Origin: Naegleria gruberi
Taxonomy: Eukaryota
Strand: one strand, 5' to 3'
Assembly (NCBI GenBank): GCA_000004985.1
Contig: GG738878.1
DNA length: 64,000 nucleotides
Both the position numbers and the translations under genes were made by a program. A model generated the notes under the pieces. It made no database searches. It saw only the letters and a program-made list of their open reading frames with translations, and was not told the origin of the DNA. Shown here one piece after another: positions 22,804-34,918 of the stretch. Position 1 is the stretch's first letter. The number at the start of each line of letters is the position of its first letter.

Positions 22804-23941
22804 TTACACAAGTTAATGGATGGATTCAAGTTTTTTGATGAGCTCAGAGGCATTTTGGATTCTCTCTTTAGGATTAGAGCATAACATTTTAACAAATACG
22901 TCTTTCAATTTTGCATTCTCAATAATATCCAACAATTCCATAATCTTCTCTACTTGAGCATGATCTTTCATCCAAGAAACTCAAACATGACAAACCTAAA
23001 GAAAATATATCAGCGGCAGTGCTTGCATACGGTATTTCAGACTTTTTGGAGAGAAAATTGTCATATTATGGAGGATGAAAACCTTTAGTGCTTCCCAGAA
23101 TTGTACAAAATTCAAAATCTATTAACACCACATCACCATCCTTAATCAACAAATGTTGTGGCTTAATATCTCCATGAACAATATCTTCATCATGCAGTTT
23201 CTTTAAAGCACATGCAGCAGAATGCAACAAATCAAATAATTGTTCCTTCTTAATTGTATTCAAGTTTTTGGCAACAGACATGATCAAAGTGTTCATTCCA
23301 TTTCCCCAACGTGAATTGTTAATAACTAAGGAGTTTAGAGATTGTTCCATGTTGAATGGTTTTAAGTTAGTATATTGTTTGACAACTTCGTGATCTTTCC
23401 TATTATTGTCACTTTCTCTAATTTGAACCAAGTAAACAATTGATCTTTCATTCTTTGACTTGTATCGAATATTAGACGAAACCATTAAATAGGCTAACAT
23501 ACAAATAGCTTGAAACGGTACTTGAAACAAGACATATCTGGAATTTCAATTTGTTCAAGTATTTTCTAATTACAATATTTGGCGAATCTAAAATCGTCAC
23601 CTCAGAGTTTACTATTTCCAATAATTTCAAGATATATCTCGAACAATACATTGAATAGAACATTAAATTATCAACTTCTTGGTTTCAACAAAAAACCCAC
23701 GAGCTCTGGTTCCATGAATAGTTATGGGATTACTTCCAGCACAAAACAACGAGTTGTCAATGGCAATTAGTTGCTTTCTTAAGAATTTTGGGAAAAACTC
23801 TTTTAAACAAGTAATTTTGTTCTGAATAGTTTCTTCTTCAGATGAGCTTGCAGACTCACTTTCAAAAGAATCCTGACTTCTCTCGTCTGATCCAACTAAA
23901 GCATCACTTTCTTCATCCTTTTCTTTTTTAATTTGTTTCAA
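22804..23941 (-). pseudogene. Protein-kinase-like gene (CK1/VRK-like motifs) with disrupted reading frame, probably a pseudogene
   Basis: Minus-strand ORF 23066..23530 carries catalytic-loop and activation-segment motifs IVHGDIKPQHLLIKDGDVVLIDFEF and ends in an in-frame TAA immediately after GFHPP. Downstream, the same frame continues into subdomain IX (SEIPYASTAADIFSLG). The C-lobe (WMKDHAQVEKIMELLD...MLCSNPKERIQNASELIKKLESIH*, stop at 22804-22806) then sits in a different frame after ...SFL. The N-lobe region 23531..23941 has no clear GxGxxG or VAIK motif and is split across frames. Confidence 0.45.
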
Positions 23942-24439
23942 ACATATACTTTCAATTGTGTAACAATATCTGAAATATTCAAAGTATTGACAGTAAATTC
24001 AAATGGTACTTTGCCATCCTTAAATCTCAAGTAATAGTGTAACGATGAAGGAAGGAAAGAAGTTAAGGAAAATCTATTGCTGGGTTTCCTTATGCAACTT
24101 ATCCATCAATTGAAGGGATTGTCTTGCAAGCATTTTCAGAATATTAATAATTGAACTTCTTAAAGGACTTACAAGTCTTTGGAGAGGTCGTTAAAGCAAT
24201 GAAACCTACAGTCCAAATTGAATCTTTTCAACTCAACATTAAAAAATACTTTCGAATATTTCATTTAGGTGAGTCTACAAGTAGTAACCTAATAACCTAA
24301 TTAATTTAAATGAAACTGTATAATAAAAGAAGATGGATAACATTATATTTCAACATTTATCATTTAGGAAATTTACAATAAAACGTCAAAGTTATTCGAA
24401 TATTGTTCTTGTCGAGACATTAAAATAAACTAAAAAAAA

Positions 24440-26148
24440 ATGTCATCATACAACAACAATATAAATTCACCACCTCAAACACCAGGTGATCTAAATAGTT
24501 CCTTTATTGAAGATTATGATGAAATTGAAGAATTTCATGAAGAAATTAATGTTCAATCATTTTCACCTGCCATCCTTCAAACGTCACCTTCATTTAAAAC
24601 TCCTAAACAAGTTTTAATATCATTAAATAATTTAAATGATGATCAAAAACCAATCATTGATGAATTTATTGAAATGAATAAGAAATTAAAATATCACAAA
24701 TTTGATCAATTTGAATTGGGTGATGAATATGGTGGAATGAAATTATCACTTCCAACCAATATTTATAAACCTATTTTTACAAATGAAAAGACAGGTGCTG
24801 TTAAAGTATTAGGTATGTTATATTCTATATTGTAATGAATATTTAATATTTAATAATATTGTAATTAATATTTAAAAATATTGTAATGATGGGTAATGAA
24901 AAAAAATACATAAAAAATAGGAAAAGGATCATTTGGTGTTGTGATTGAATGTTTAGATATTGAAAGAAATGAAAAAGTAGCCGTAAAGAAATGTATCAAT
25001 GCTCTAAATATTGCACCGTGGAATATTATAAGAGAAATTGAATGTATGAAACATTTACGTGGACATCCAAATGTCATTGAACTCATTGATGTATATATTG
25101 ATTATAATAGTTTTGATAATGAGAATTCAGATATTTATGTTGTAACTGAATTGTGTGGAAAGACAATGTGGGAATATTTGAATGAAAAAACATTTCCCGC
25201 CAATTTTATTACAGAACAAGAAATTAAGAATTTAATGTCACAATTGTTATCTGTTTGTGTTTTTATGCATAGTGCTGATATTTTACATAGGTATGTTTAA
25301 TATTTATTCAAATATTTACAAAAATTATAATATTGTAAAATTATAATATTGTTGTAAAATATTTAGAGATATTAAACCAGAAAATATTTTAATGAAAGGT
25401 GATAGAATTAAATTAATTGATTTTGGATCTGCAACTAAATGTAGAGAACAACAACAAGTTGAACATATGGAATCAGTTTATGTTGTCACTAAATATTATA
25501 GACCTCCAGAAGTAGTTTTAACTTCTGATCAACAATCTCCTGCCATTGATTTATGGTCAATTGGTTGTGTATTTGCTGTAAGTAGTACTACTTGATTGAA
25601 TAATTGCGAACACTGTTTTGAATGGTGTTTGTTACTCATTCATTCTTTAAAAATAATAATAATAGGAATTACTCTTTTTACTTGAAGATCCACCATGTAG
25701 ACAACCATTATTCTTTGTTAAAAACTCTGGAATGTTAAGTGTTAAAGAACACTTGATGAAAATTATTGCAATTTGTGGTAAACCAGCTCCAAATGAAATT
25801 ATTGCAAGTGAACGTGGAATGGAATTCTTCCAAAGTTTATTAACAAAAACCAATCAACCAAAAGTACCACTTGAAGCAATCTTTGTAAATGCATCACATG
25901 AAGCTCTAGATTTATTGAGTAAATTATTAACATGGAGTCCTAAGAGACGTATTACACCTGAAGCTGCTCTTCGTCATCCTTACTTGAAGAATAACCCATT
26001 CATAGACACTAATAATGCAGATGAAGAATTCCAAATCAATTTGGTGTTGAACTCTGTCAAAATTACAGATCGAACTGAATCAAATAATTGGAAATTAACT
26101 CAATGGAAGAGATGTTTAAAGGAATTACTAATTGAATGGAATAACTAG
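24440..26148 (+). CDS. CMGC-group serine/threonine protein kinase, 4 exons
   Basis: Exons are 24440..24812, 24921..25290, 25367..25577 and 25666..26148. The introns are 108, 76 and 88 nt with GTATGT/GTAAGT donors. Splicing restores the Gly-loop LGKGSFGVV, the Lys in VAVKK, the catalytic loop H|RDIKPENIL, DFGSA, an activation loop YVVTKYYRPPEV, and DLWSIGCV. The stop TAG is at 26146-26148. Confidence 0.8.
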
Positions 26149-27126
26149 GCAAATAAAACCAAATGCATCAATTTTTCTCCGTATTGTTCTTCAAATTTTA
26201 CAATTTCTCTCTGTACATCATTTTCCCAATCTTCACTTTCATTCAAACGTTTAGCAAACTCTGCAATATATTTGGCATTTCTTTCAGCTTCCTCAGGTGT
26301 ATCCTTTACGTTAATGTTGATGATGTGTGTTGGTCTATCATACATGGTTTGATTGGCAATCATACTTTCAATAACAGCATCAAACACTCTATCTTCGAAA
26401 GTAATAACAACATCAAAGTGATTAATATTTTCTTGCCACTTCTCTGGTGCTGTCTTAATTTGAGCATTTCTTGTTAACATCTTTAACAAACCAAGTCTTG
26501 TATAACTAATTTTAAAGAGAAGTTCCAATATTGTTGTTGTTGTGAATAGTTCCACACCATTATCATCAATATTAAATAATATTAAATAATAGAAATACAT
26601 AAAACCAAATAACAAATACATACTATTCTTCATCTTGTGATTTCAAATCGTTGAAAATGTCTTGATAGGAAGTACCAAAATCGTAAATATTTGGAGAGTC
26701 TCTTGATTTACCAGGTAATTTGACTGATGAACCTGTACCAAAACTGCTAACGTTCATTCTATACTTCTTTTGCAACAAATAGTGAGCAGACATGGATCTG
26801 TTCTGATTGGAAGCACAAACAACAGCAAAGGAAATCTTTTGTACAACAGCTTCCTCACCACTATTACTCAATTGTTGTGATGATTGTGATCCGCTTCCAT
26901 ATTCTCCTTTAAAATTGTCATAGCCTTGATCTTGTTGTTGTTGTCTGTGATAATTTCTATTATCATTTCTATTATTACGAGTATTGTAGTAGTCATTACC
27001 ACCTCCACCACCACCACGACCTCCACGTGAATATCCACCTCCACCACCACCTCCTTGATCATTATAGGCTTGGAATTCAGAAATACCACCTCCTCGTGAA
27101 CCTCCTCCTTGATATCTTTGACTCAT
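26145..27126 (-). CDS. ssu72: RNA polymerase II CTD phosphatase SSU72, with an extra Gly/Arg-rich N-terminal extension
   Basis: Exons are 27126..26624 and 26505..26145, with a GTATGT donor and a 118-nt intron. The catalytic motif is [16 protein letters not shown]. The C-terminal half [26 protein letters not shown]...VININVKD aligns with human SSU72 YTRNGILHMLDRNKRIKPRPERFQNC...VVNVDIQD. The roughly 95-aa N-terminal extension consists of [11 protein letters not shown] repeats and poly-Q. Confidence 0.85.
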
Positions 27127-27301
27127 TTTTTTGTATTTAAATATTTAATTTAAAAAATTTATTGATAATAATAATTGATTAGTGAACAGGTTTCTATCTA
27201 ATACCCAGACTGTGAATTTAAATGTAAGGATTCATAATTTTGCAAATATTAAAAAAGAATCTTGTTATTTTTCTATTTTTAAAGTTTTTATTATTTAAAA
27301 A

Positions 27302-28453
27302 ATGAAAGAAAGCCTTTCAACTAACACATCAATGGTGGTGCCATCTGATCGGAAGAGATTATTCAAGAGTGGAAGTAGAAGCAGTTATTATATTGCTGCT
27401 ATTAGTTTGATATTTATAGTTAGTGGATATAAGAATTACGTAGAGGCAACATCATCAACAACAACAACAACAAATACATCTTCATCGTATGGTGTTGTAG
27501 ATTTTATAATTGACTTGGGAATGGTGTTTGCACCAACTATTGGTTATTTTGATCAAATTCGTTTGATGATCAAGAATAATGATTCAAAGGCTTTCTCTAG
27601 ATTTATCAGTTTAATTTTACTTTCATCTAATTTATTGAGAATTTTCTTCTGGTATTTGAAACAATTTTCTATGGTTATGCTTTTTCAATCAATTGTTATG
27701 ATTTTATGTCAATTAGTTACGCTCTTTGTGGCTGTTAAATATGGAAAGGAAAAGAAGCGACAAGAAAATGAAAGAAACGATAATGAAAATCCTTCTGCAT
27801 TGATGGATAGAGAAAATCCTAGAGATTTTACATCATTAATTCAAATTGATACAAATCAATTTTTAGATCGTTTTTGGAAATGGGATGATTTCTCTTACTA
27901 TTTGTGGACTAATCTTTTTTTTATAATTTTTGTGCTAGTTATTTCATTATTCTTTTATCCAATTTTCCCTGTGACTTATACTGAACTACTTGGAATGTTG
28001 AGTGTTACTATTGAAGCATTACTGGCAGTTCCTCAAGTAATTACTAATTTCCAAAATGGATCAACTGAAGGATTGTCACTTGTATTAATCGCTACTTTTG
28101 TTCTTGGTGATACACTCAAGACAGCTTATTTTGTTTTCAAACAATTACCATATCAATTTGTTTTTTGTGGAGCCTTCCAAATATTTGTTGATATGATCAT
28201 GGTAATACAAATGATTTACTATAACTTTGTGACTAGGGGTAGTGCTTATGCCAACAAGTTCCAAGAAGTTGACAGTATTGGTGAGTTGGAGGATGAAGAA
28301 GAAGAAGAAGAGGAAATCAATCTTGAGAGCGTTTCTGAGAGCAAAGACCAAATTGCTGAACAAATAGAAAACCTTGAGGAACCTATTAAAACAGAACTAG
28401 CAACCCAGGAGAAAACTGAATCTAGCAATAATAAGGAAAGTGAATCTGTATAA
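27302..28453 (+). CDS. PQ-loop repeat membrane protein (SLC66/PQLC family)
   Basis: 383-aa single-exon ORF with two PQ-loop motifs (APTIGYFDQI and LLAVPQVITNF) in a multi-pass hydrophobic core. The C-terminal tail is acidic, encoded in part by a (GAA)n repeat at about 28296..28312. Confidence 0.65.
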   Translation: MKESLSTNTSMVVPSDRKRLFKSGSRSSYYIAAISLIFIVSGYKNYVEATSSTTTTTNTSSSYGVVDFIIDLGMVFAPTIGYFDQIRLMIKNNDSKAFSRFISLILLSSNLLRIFFWYLKQFSMVMLFQSIVMILCQLVTLFVAVKYGKEKKRQENERNDNENPSALMDRENPRDFTSLIQIDTNQFLDRFWKWDDFSYYLWTNLFFIIFVLVISLFFYPIFPVTYTELLGMLSVTIEALLAVPQVITNFQNGSTEGLSLVLIATFVLGDTLKTAYFVFKQLPYQFVFCGAFQIFVDMIMVIQMIYYNFVTRGSAYANKFQEVDSIGELEDEEEEEEEINLESVSESKDQIAEQIENLEEPIKTELATQEKTESSNNKESESV

Positions 28454-28495
28454 ATTGTAAATAGCTCAGTAAATTATTATAAATTAAGTTTCAAT

Positions 28496-31400
28496 TTATC
28501 GTTTGGTTTTTGATTGTGAGGCACTTCTAAACATCAAGCTTTGAGTTCCACCAACTGTGGCCGTAAAGTTTTGACTCATCATCGAACCCGAATCCATCAT
28601 CTTATCAAGTGGGGGAAGTTTGGAAGTAGAAGTTTTCTTTTGTGGTGGTTGGATTGTTGCTGTATTGGTTGGTTGAGGTTGTTTGGCTGCTAAAGGGTTA
28701 ATAACTCCAACATTTGGCTGTCTACCGAATGTCTTATTGTATGTTTCTTCTCTATTTACCAATTCCATCTTGTAGTACTTCATATCACGTACAGTCTTTT
28801 GAAGAAGAGCTTCCTTATCAGCTAGAGTCTGTTGAAGAACCTTAATTGTTTCAACATCTTCAGGTCTACTCTCTCTGTTTTGGTATTTGAGTTCCCATTC
28901 TCTAATTTTCTGTTCCAATAAAGTGTTTCTTTCTTCCATAATATTTTGAGCTCGAGTAAATTCAGTTTGAAGATTCTTGGTTTCTTGTATGTGTTCTTCT
29001 ATCATGTCATTGATTCGTCTCTTATGATCATCAATAAGCATTTTCTCTCTTTTCTTCCAATCTTCGTTCATTTGCACTTGAAGATCTGCATAATCTTTGG
29101 CTGCTCTCTTTTTAAGCTCTTCATATTCTGTTTTACTTTTATCCAATTGGTCTAACAACTGGGCACGTTCAGCCAAGAATTGATTTTTAAGTGATTCCTC
29201 AGTTTGATACAGTTTTTCGTTTGACACTCGAATGAGTTCATCTATTTTAGCTCTTTGTTCCTTGATTAACTCTTCAGTATTGTGCTTATCCTTCAGTCTG
29301 GCAGCCTCCATTTCCTGTTGATGTTTGGCTTCTAGACTTTGAACATATGCTTGTTGATCTTCTTTCAATTTCTCCATTTGTCTCAAAAGGGCTTCTTCTC
29401 TACCTAGGCCATCTTTTATACTATTATTAAGCATATTAATTTGATTCAAATGTTGTTGAATTTCTCGTTCACGATTTTCAATTTCTCTTTTAAGGGCTGC
29501 AATCTTAGAATCATATGTCTCTATTATATCCTTCTTTTCTTTTTCCTTTTGTCTATCTAGGGTCTTTAGAGATTCCTGTTTATCTATTTCACATTTCTCC
29601 ATGGATGTGTTGTGATTTGAAAGAATCAGTTGTATCTCTTCCATTTTCTTGGTGAGCTCATTTTCAAGGTTTGCTATTTTTCTTAACAGTTGATTCTTTT
29701 CATTCTCCAGATTATCAACTCTCAACTTCCATGATTTTTCCACAGTATTTCTCTCAGACTGCCCGTTTTCTTGAAGTTCTCTGATAAGTCTTTGTCTTTC
29801 TGAATTAAATGATTCGGTCAGTTCCATCTTGAGTTTTTTAAGCTCTTCCATGAGCCTTTGATCGAATTGTCTTTCCATTTGCAGTTTCATTTCACCCATT
29901 TCTCTAACCTTATTGCTAGCAGCAATTCTAAGCTCTTCTTTTCCCTTTTCCACAGTTAATGCGAGTCTGTTTTCGAGATCCTTTAGATCTTTTTGCAAGT
30001 TGTCTCCTCTTGCTTTTTCATCTAAGGTTTTCAATTTCTGAGCCTCGAGTCGTTGATTCAATGAAGTCTCCCTCTTCAATGCTTCTTGAAGTTTTCCGTG
30101 AAGGTCCTCCATTGATGAATTACTATCTCTGTTGAGTTGGTTAATTTGGTTCTTGAGAATATTAATCTCTGAATCTCTTTCGTCTATTATTGTTGTAAGA
30201 TCTTTCTTCAATTGATTATACCCAGCCTGAGAGCTTGATTTGAGCTCTTCTATTTGCTTTTGAATTAATCCCAAATCATGCTTAGACTTATTAGCAAGAT
30301 CTTCCAATTCCTTCTTCTTCTGCTCGATAACCGACTGGAGTTGCTTTCTTTCAATATCAAATTCATCTAATAACTTTTGCTTGAGATCTGTGAGCTGTTT
30401 GTTGGAGTTCTTAGCAAGTGTATCCACAGAATTTTCTTGGTCTCTTTTGAATTTTTCCATCTTTTCATCATAGACTTTCTTAAGTTTATCCATTTCCTCT
30501 GCAAACCTAGCTTCCATCAATGACTTTTCCTTCTCCCTCTCTATCTTAAAATTTTCAATGTCATGCAACAAATTCTGTTCTCGTTTCAGCATATCCGAAA
30601 GTTGCTTTTCCTTTTCTGCAAGTTGTTTTTGTAAAGATTGAACCATTTTGTCTTTTTCATCAATAGTTAAAGAATTTTGTGTGAGTGATTGTCTTAAGGA
30701 TGCAATTTGTTGTTCTAGAGATTTGATTTCTGATTGTTTTTGTTTGAGCTGTCTTTCTACGTCTTCCAATTTTGTAGTCATCATTGTTTCTGAAGAACCG
30801 TGTGAATCCTTAACTTCTTGAATCATTTTCCTAAGCTCATCCAACTCAGCTTCTAGTTTCTTTAAATATTCATCCTTATTGGATAACTCCAGTTTCATTG
30901 AAACAACATTCCTTTCACTCTCTTCCAACTTCGAATCCAGTAATTGTCTTCCTTTCAAAATTTTCTGAACAGTTTCTTCCTTTTCTTGTACTTCTTGACC
31001 CAGCTTTGAAACACGATTATTGAGAGAAGACTCTGATTGCTTCAGAGTTTCAATATCCTTATTCAAACGATTAATAACATCGCTCGTTGAGCCTGCCCTT
31101 TTGTCAAACTCATCTTTTTGTTGCTCTAGAGCCTTCAGCCGTTTTTGGGCTTCTTCTTCGAGTAATGCTGCAATTCTTGCCTTTTCTTCGGCCTTCAGTT
31201 GCTCAACTTTATCGTTTTGTCGTTTCTCATAATCCACTCTTAATTGTTCTTGCTCATTTAGCATTCTCGTCAACATATCATTATACTTTTTGTTATATAC
31301 TAGGACTAGATCTTCTAGTTCCTTGTTATGTTGATTCCGTAAATTAGCATCTCCTCGATTTTTGCTCTTCTCTAATTCTTCTGATATTGATGTAAATTTT

Positions 31401-31931
31401 GCTAAACGTTGCGTAAATTCATCTTTAGCAGACTGTAATGACCTAGTTAGTTCCTTAATCTTATCATCGGACTCTCTCTTCAGTAAATCTTCTCTCTCCT
31501 TAGCTTTTCTTTTAAAATCCTCGAACTCTTCCAAAGCCTTTTGCCTCTCCTGATTATGTTTCAGGGTTAAGGTTTTTACTATGTCCGTTATTTTGTTTTC
31601 ATTATTCTTCTTTTCTATTTGTTCTCGAAATAAGGCTATTTTAGCTGTTGTATCTTTAATTATCTATTTAAAATCATCATCATAATAATAATAATTTAGA
31701 AAATGTAAAGAAAATGATCCGACGTACATCTTCAATCTCTGATTCATACGCATCAGCTAACGAATTTAATTGAAATTCATGGTCATCATTTTTAGTGTTT
31801 AAATGATAAATAACTTTCGTCAGCTGAGCAATCTTTTTGCTCATCTTGTGATGAAAATCAGGAAATCCATTGGCAATTTTATTTGCACTAATGCTGCTAT
31901 TTACATTGTCCTTACTCTTGGACTGTTTCAT
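28496..31931 (-). CDS. FAM184-family long coiled-coil protein
   Basis: Exons are 31931..31728 and 31663..28496, with a GTACGT donor and a 64-nt intron. The N-terminus KMSKKIAQLTKVIYHLNTKNDDHEFQL matches human FAM184A KMSKKIAQLTKVIYALNTKNDEHESAI. The C-terminus ...NRESRPEDVETIKVLQ...YYKMELVNREETYNKTFGRQPNVGVINPLA matches ...RESKPEDIQMITELK...FYQLELVNRETNFNKVFNSSPTVGVINPLA. About 1000 aa lie between these two conserved ends and are predicted to be continuous coiled coil. Confidence 0.8.
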
Positions 31932-31975
31932 TTTTTACAAATTGTTTTTTATTCAACCACTACAGGCGGGAACAG

Positions 31976-31988
31976 TTTTTGGCGCCAA
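31976..31988. promoter_or_regulatory. E2F/DP-type site TTTTTGGCGCCAA in the divergent promoter. It lies about 45 bp upstream of the FAM184-like start and about 250 bp upstream of the 32236 gene.
   Basis: GGCGCC core with a flanking T-run and AA, same architecture as the sites at 3566 and 7647. Confidence 0.45.
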
Positions 31989-32235
31989 CCGACTCTAAAC
32001 GTTATCTCATGAAGAACACATAAAAGAACAGACAAAAACTCTTCCTCTTAATGATGTATTGTTAAAGTGGACCATTCTTACAAGCATTCCTTATTGTTCT
32101 CTATTATTCCTTGGATAATAAATAGCCTCTTTTCATTCCGCCATCCCTACACTCTAAATAGATCACGTCAGTAAATTCAAAATTAAAAAATAGGCTGATG
32201 AGCAATTAATACATTCTGATCAACCCACTGAGTAG

Positions 32236-33236
32236 ATGCCATTCAAACATTATTTTCCAATAGTGTTATCTTTTGATGATACACTTTTTCAAATTGGTGA
32301 TCAATTTGAAATTCAATTATACCATGTTTTGTATACAATCAAAATGTTGTGGTATGTCCACACGGCTCTTGTAGCTTATGAACACAAATCCGAAGCTAGA
32401 AATTTACGACACCATATTACATTGTTTTTAATTTTCTTCTTTGTTTCATCAGAGGGAGGAGGTGCTATTAATGAATTAATTCTTGGATTCAAAAATTCAT
32501 TCATTGGAAATAATTACAAATTTGCAAGTGCATTATCCATTTGGGTTTTGTGTCATGAGGTTTTATTTACAACAGAAAAATTGAAAAAGAAGTTTTGTGC
32601 ATATTTTGAAAAGGGTTGGACGAAATATGTATTGGAAATTCCAAATCAATTTCGTTTAGGATTGGGTTTATGCTATGAATGCATTTACTATGACGTTTAT
32701 TTGAGGAGGAGAAAGTTTAAGAATTTTCATCACGAGGATTATCATTACAAGTATATGATATTATCGAATCCTATTGAATTTGTTGGACATTTTGTTAGTG
32801 TAATTACATTGGTCATGATTTCAATGTCAATAAGGTTAGTTTCGTATTATTTCATTTCAGTAATTTTAATTTCAATAATAGTTGTTTCATTGCTCCATAT
32901 TTGGCAGATAAGTTTATCAAAGGTGAAAAGTCTTCCCTCTCCTCAGTTATTTCAAAATTTAGTGCAGACACTTGGTTTTATATCAAATTATGTCTTATTG
33001 CCTCAACAATTCTCATTATTTCACAAGATTTTCTCGTAGTTACCAATACCATCTCATTTGGAGATTTCTCCCTCCCTATTATTTATATTTTCCAAATCAT
33101 TACAATTCTAATCTTTATTCTCTACCCAATAATTATTAATGATCTTGGTTATTTCCGTTCCAAATCTCCAAATCCTCCACAACAACAGCAAATTATCAAA
33201 AAGAAACAAAAAGAAAACATTTTAAAAATGCTCTAG
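32236..33236 (+). CDS. Multi-pass transmembrane protein of unknown family, probably 2 exons
   Basis: ORF 32236..33039 is strongly hydrophobic with several predicted TM helices. A second overlapping frame, ORF 32901..33236, encodes further TM helices (WFYIKLCLIASTILIIS..., IIYIFQIITILIFILYPII). A candidate GTTAGT donor sits at 32845 and a candidate acceptor AG at 32880-32881. The resulting 37-nt intron would be very short. A 1-nt frame error is the alternative. Confidence 0.4.
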
Positions 33237-33345
33237 GTTAAAATAATAAACATCATGTTCAATTACATTGAAAACAACTAAGCCAGTAGGACTAACTCTT
33301 GAAAGTTTACAAAACCTCAAAAAAAAACTTAAAAATAGAAGAGCC

Positions 33346-34892
33346 ATGAGAGGAAGAAGATCCTTCTTTACCAGAGCCTTGTTAGATGATAACAACTCGG
33401 ATAGTAGTAGCAATAGTGATGATTCACCATCAGAAGAACCTAGTAGTAATACAATATTTGATCCGAATAGTGATGAAAAATTATCCTTTACACAGGACGA
33501 TGATCAGGAAATGGTAACAAATACATCTTCTTCTAATGCAACACAATCACTCAGTGCCTTTAATCAAAGCTATTCAAAATTAAAACAATTATCATCACCT
33601 TCGTGTTTTAATATTTTGGATAAATCAGCCTTTGTTAGAGTTGAAAGAGATTTACTAACCGTAAAGTATATCGGAAATGTTCATCAGGAAATTGGAGTAT
33701 GTTATTTAATATTATTTGTTATTGATTTAATTTCATAGACTGTAAGATCAAACATTCCATTCTCTGGTGAAAAATTGATTGACTACTTTGAGATTCAAAT
33801 CAATTCCCTTAACGAAAGAGCATGTTCGGTTGTGATCGGTTTGACCGATGAGAAAGCTGATTTTGTCCCTACTAGATATCCAGGATTTGAATATAATTCA
33901 TTTGGTTTGAATGGAATGGATGGTAAGATATACAAGTAAGTTTTATTATGATAGAGTTCATTCTTACAATTTCTTAAAATAGTAATGGAAAAGGAATCAA
34001 ACAAATTACAACAAGATTCTTGGAAGGGGATGTTATTGGTTGTGGAATTAATTATAATCAGAAAGAAATATTCTTCACAAAGAATGGTACACTTGTAGGT
34101 GCTGGATTTTCAAACGTAATTTCAAATGGAAAGTTTTATCCTACAGTCTCCCTTCATTCAAAAAAAGAGGAGATTAAGGGAATATTCTCTTCATTTACTT
34201 TTAATTTGGAATCGATGAATGCATTGGAAGAAAAAATTATCAATCAAAATCTAGAAAGAGTTGCACTCTTTGACGAGGAAAAATCAGATGGAAATGAGCT
34301 GAACAACCTTATAAGAGATTACTTATTTTATATGGGTTACAGTGAGACTCTAAAAACATTTGAGCAATCTGCTACTTTGGAACAATGTAATAATGAATTT
34401 TGTGAATATAGAAAGAAAATTTGTAAATTAATTGAGCTAGGAAACTCTCAAGCTGCATATACTTTAATTTGTGAGCAAAACCCAAACTGCTTTGAGAAGC
34501 ATGAAGATGTAAAAATAAGAATCCTATGTCAAATTGTAACAGAATTACTTCAACAAAACAAATTGCTTGAGGCTCTTCAATTTTCAAGAGATAATCTGTC
34601 ACAATTTTTGATTCCAAATAACTCTCAGAAAAAGCCACTCAATGAGAAAATTCAATCTCTTATCATGGAAACCCTTGGATTATTTGCTTTTTCAGATCTT
34701 TCTTCTTGCTCATTTTCACATCTTTTGGAACAAGAAAAGAGAAATGAATTAGCTTTTGAAGTGAATCAAATGTTATTGAAAGAATCAGGATATCAGAAGA
34801 AATATTCTTCTATTGAGACCTGTTATAGACAATTAAGTGCTGTAAGAAATACTCTTTTAAATACTGGATCGGGAAAACTCTTCAACTTCTAA
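33346..34892 (+). CDS. Ran-binding protein M (RanBP9/10; Gid1-like) with SPRY, LisH and CTLH domains, 3 exons
   Basis: Exons are 33346..33696, 33739..33935 and 33983..34892. The in-frame region from TTG 33268 is open, but the first ATG is 33346. The introns are 42 and 47 nt (GTATGT/GTAAGT donors). The SPRY core GDVIGCGINYNQKEIFFTKNGTLVGAGFSNVISNGKFYPTVSLHS aligns with human RanBP9 [43 protein letters not shown]. A LisH motif LNNLIRDYLFYMGYSETLKTFEQ and a CTLH region follow. Confidence 0.75.
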
Positions 34893-34918
34893 TAAACTTG
34901 TAAATATATTGTAATTTG

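Noticed and set aside
33268-33345. TTG at 33268 as the RanBPM start (as listed in the ORF track)
   Set aside because: An upstream ATG at 33255 is out of frame and hits a stop. The first in-frame ATG is 33346, so TTG initiation is not needed.
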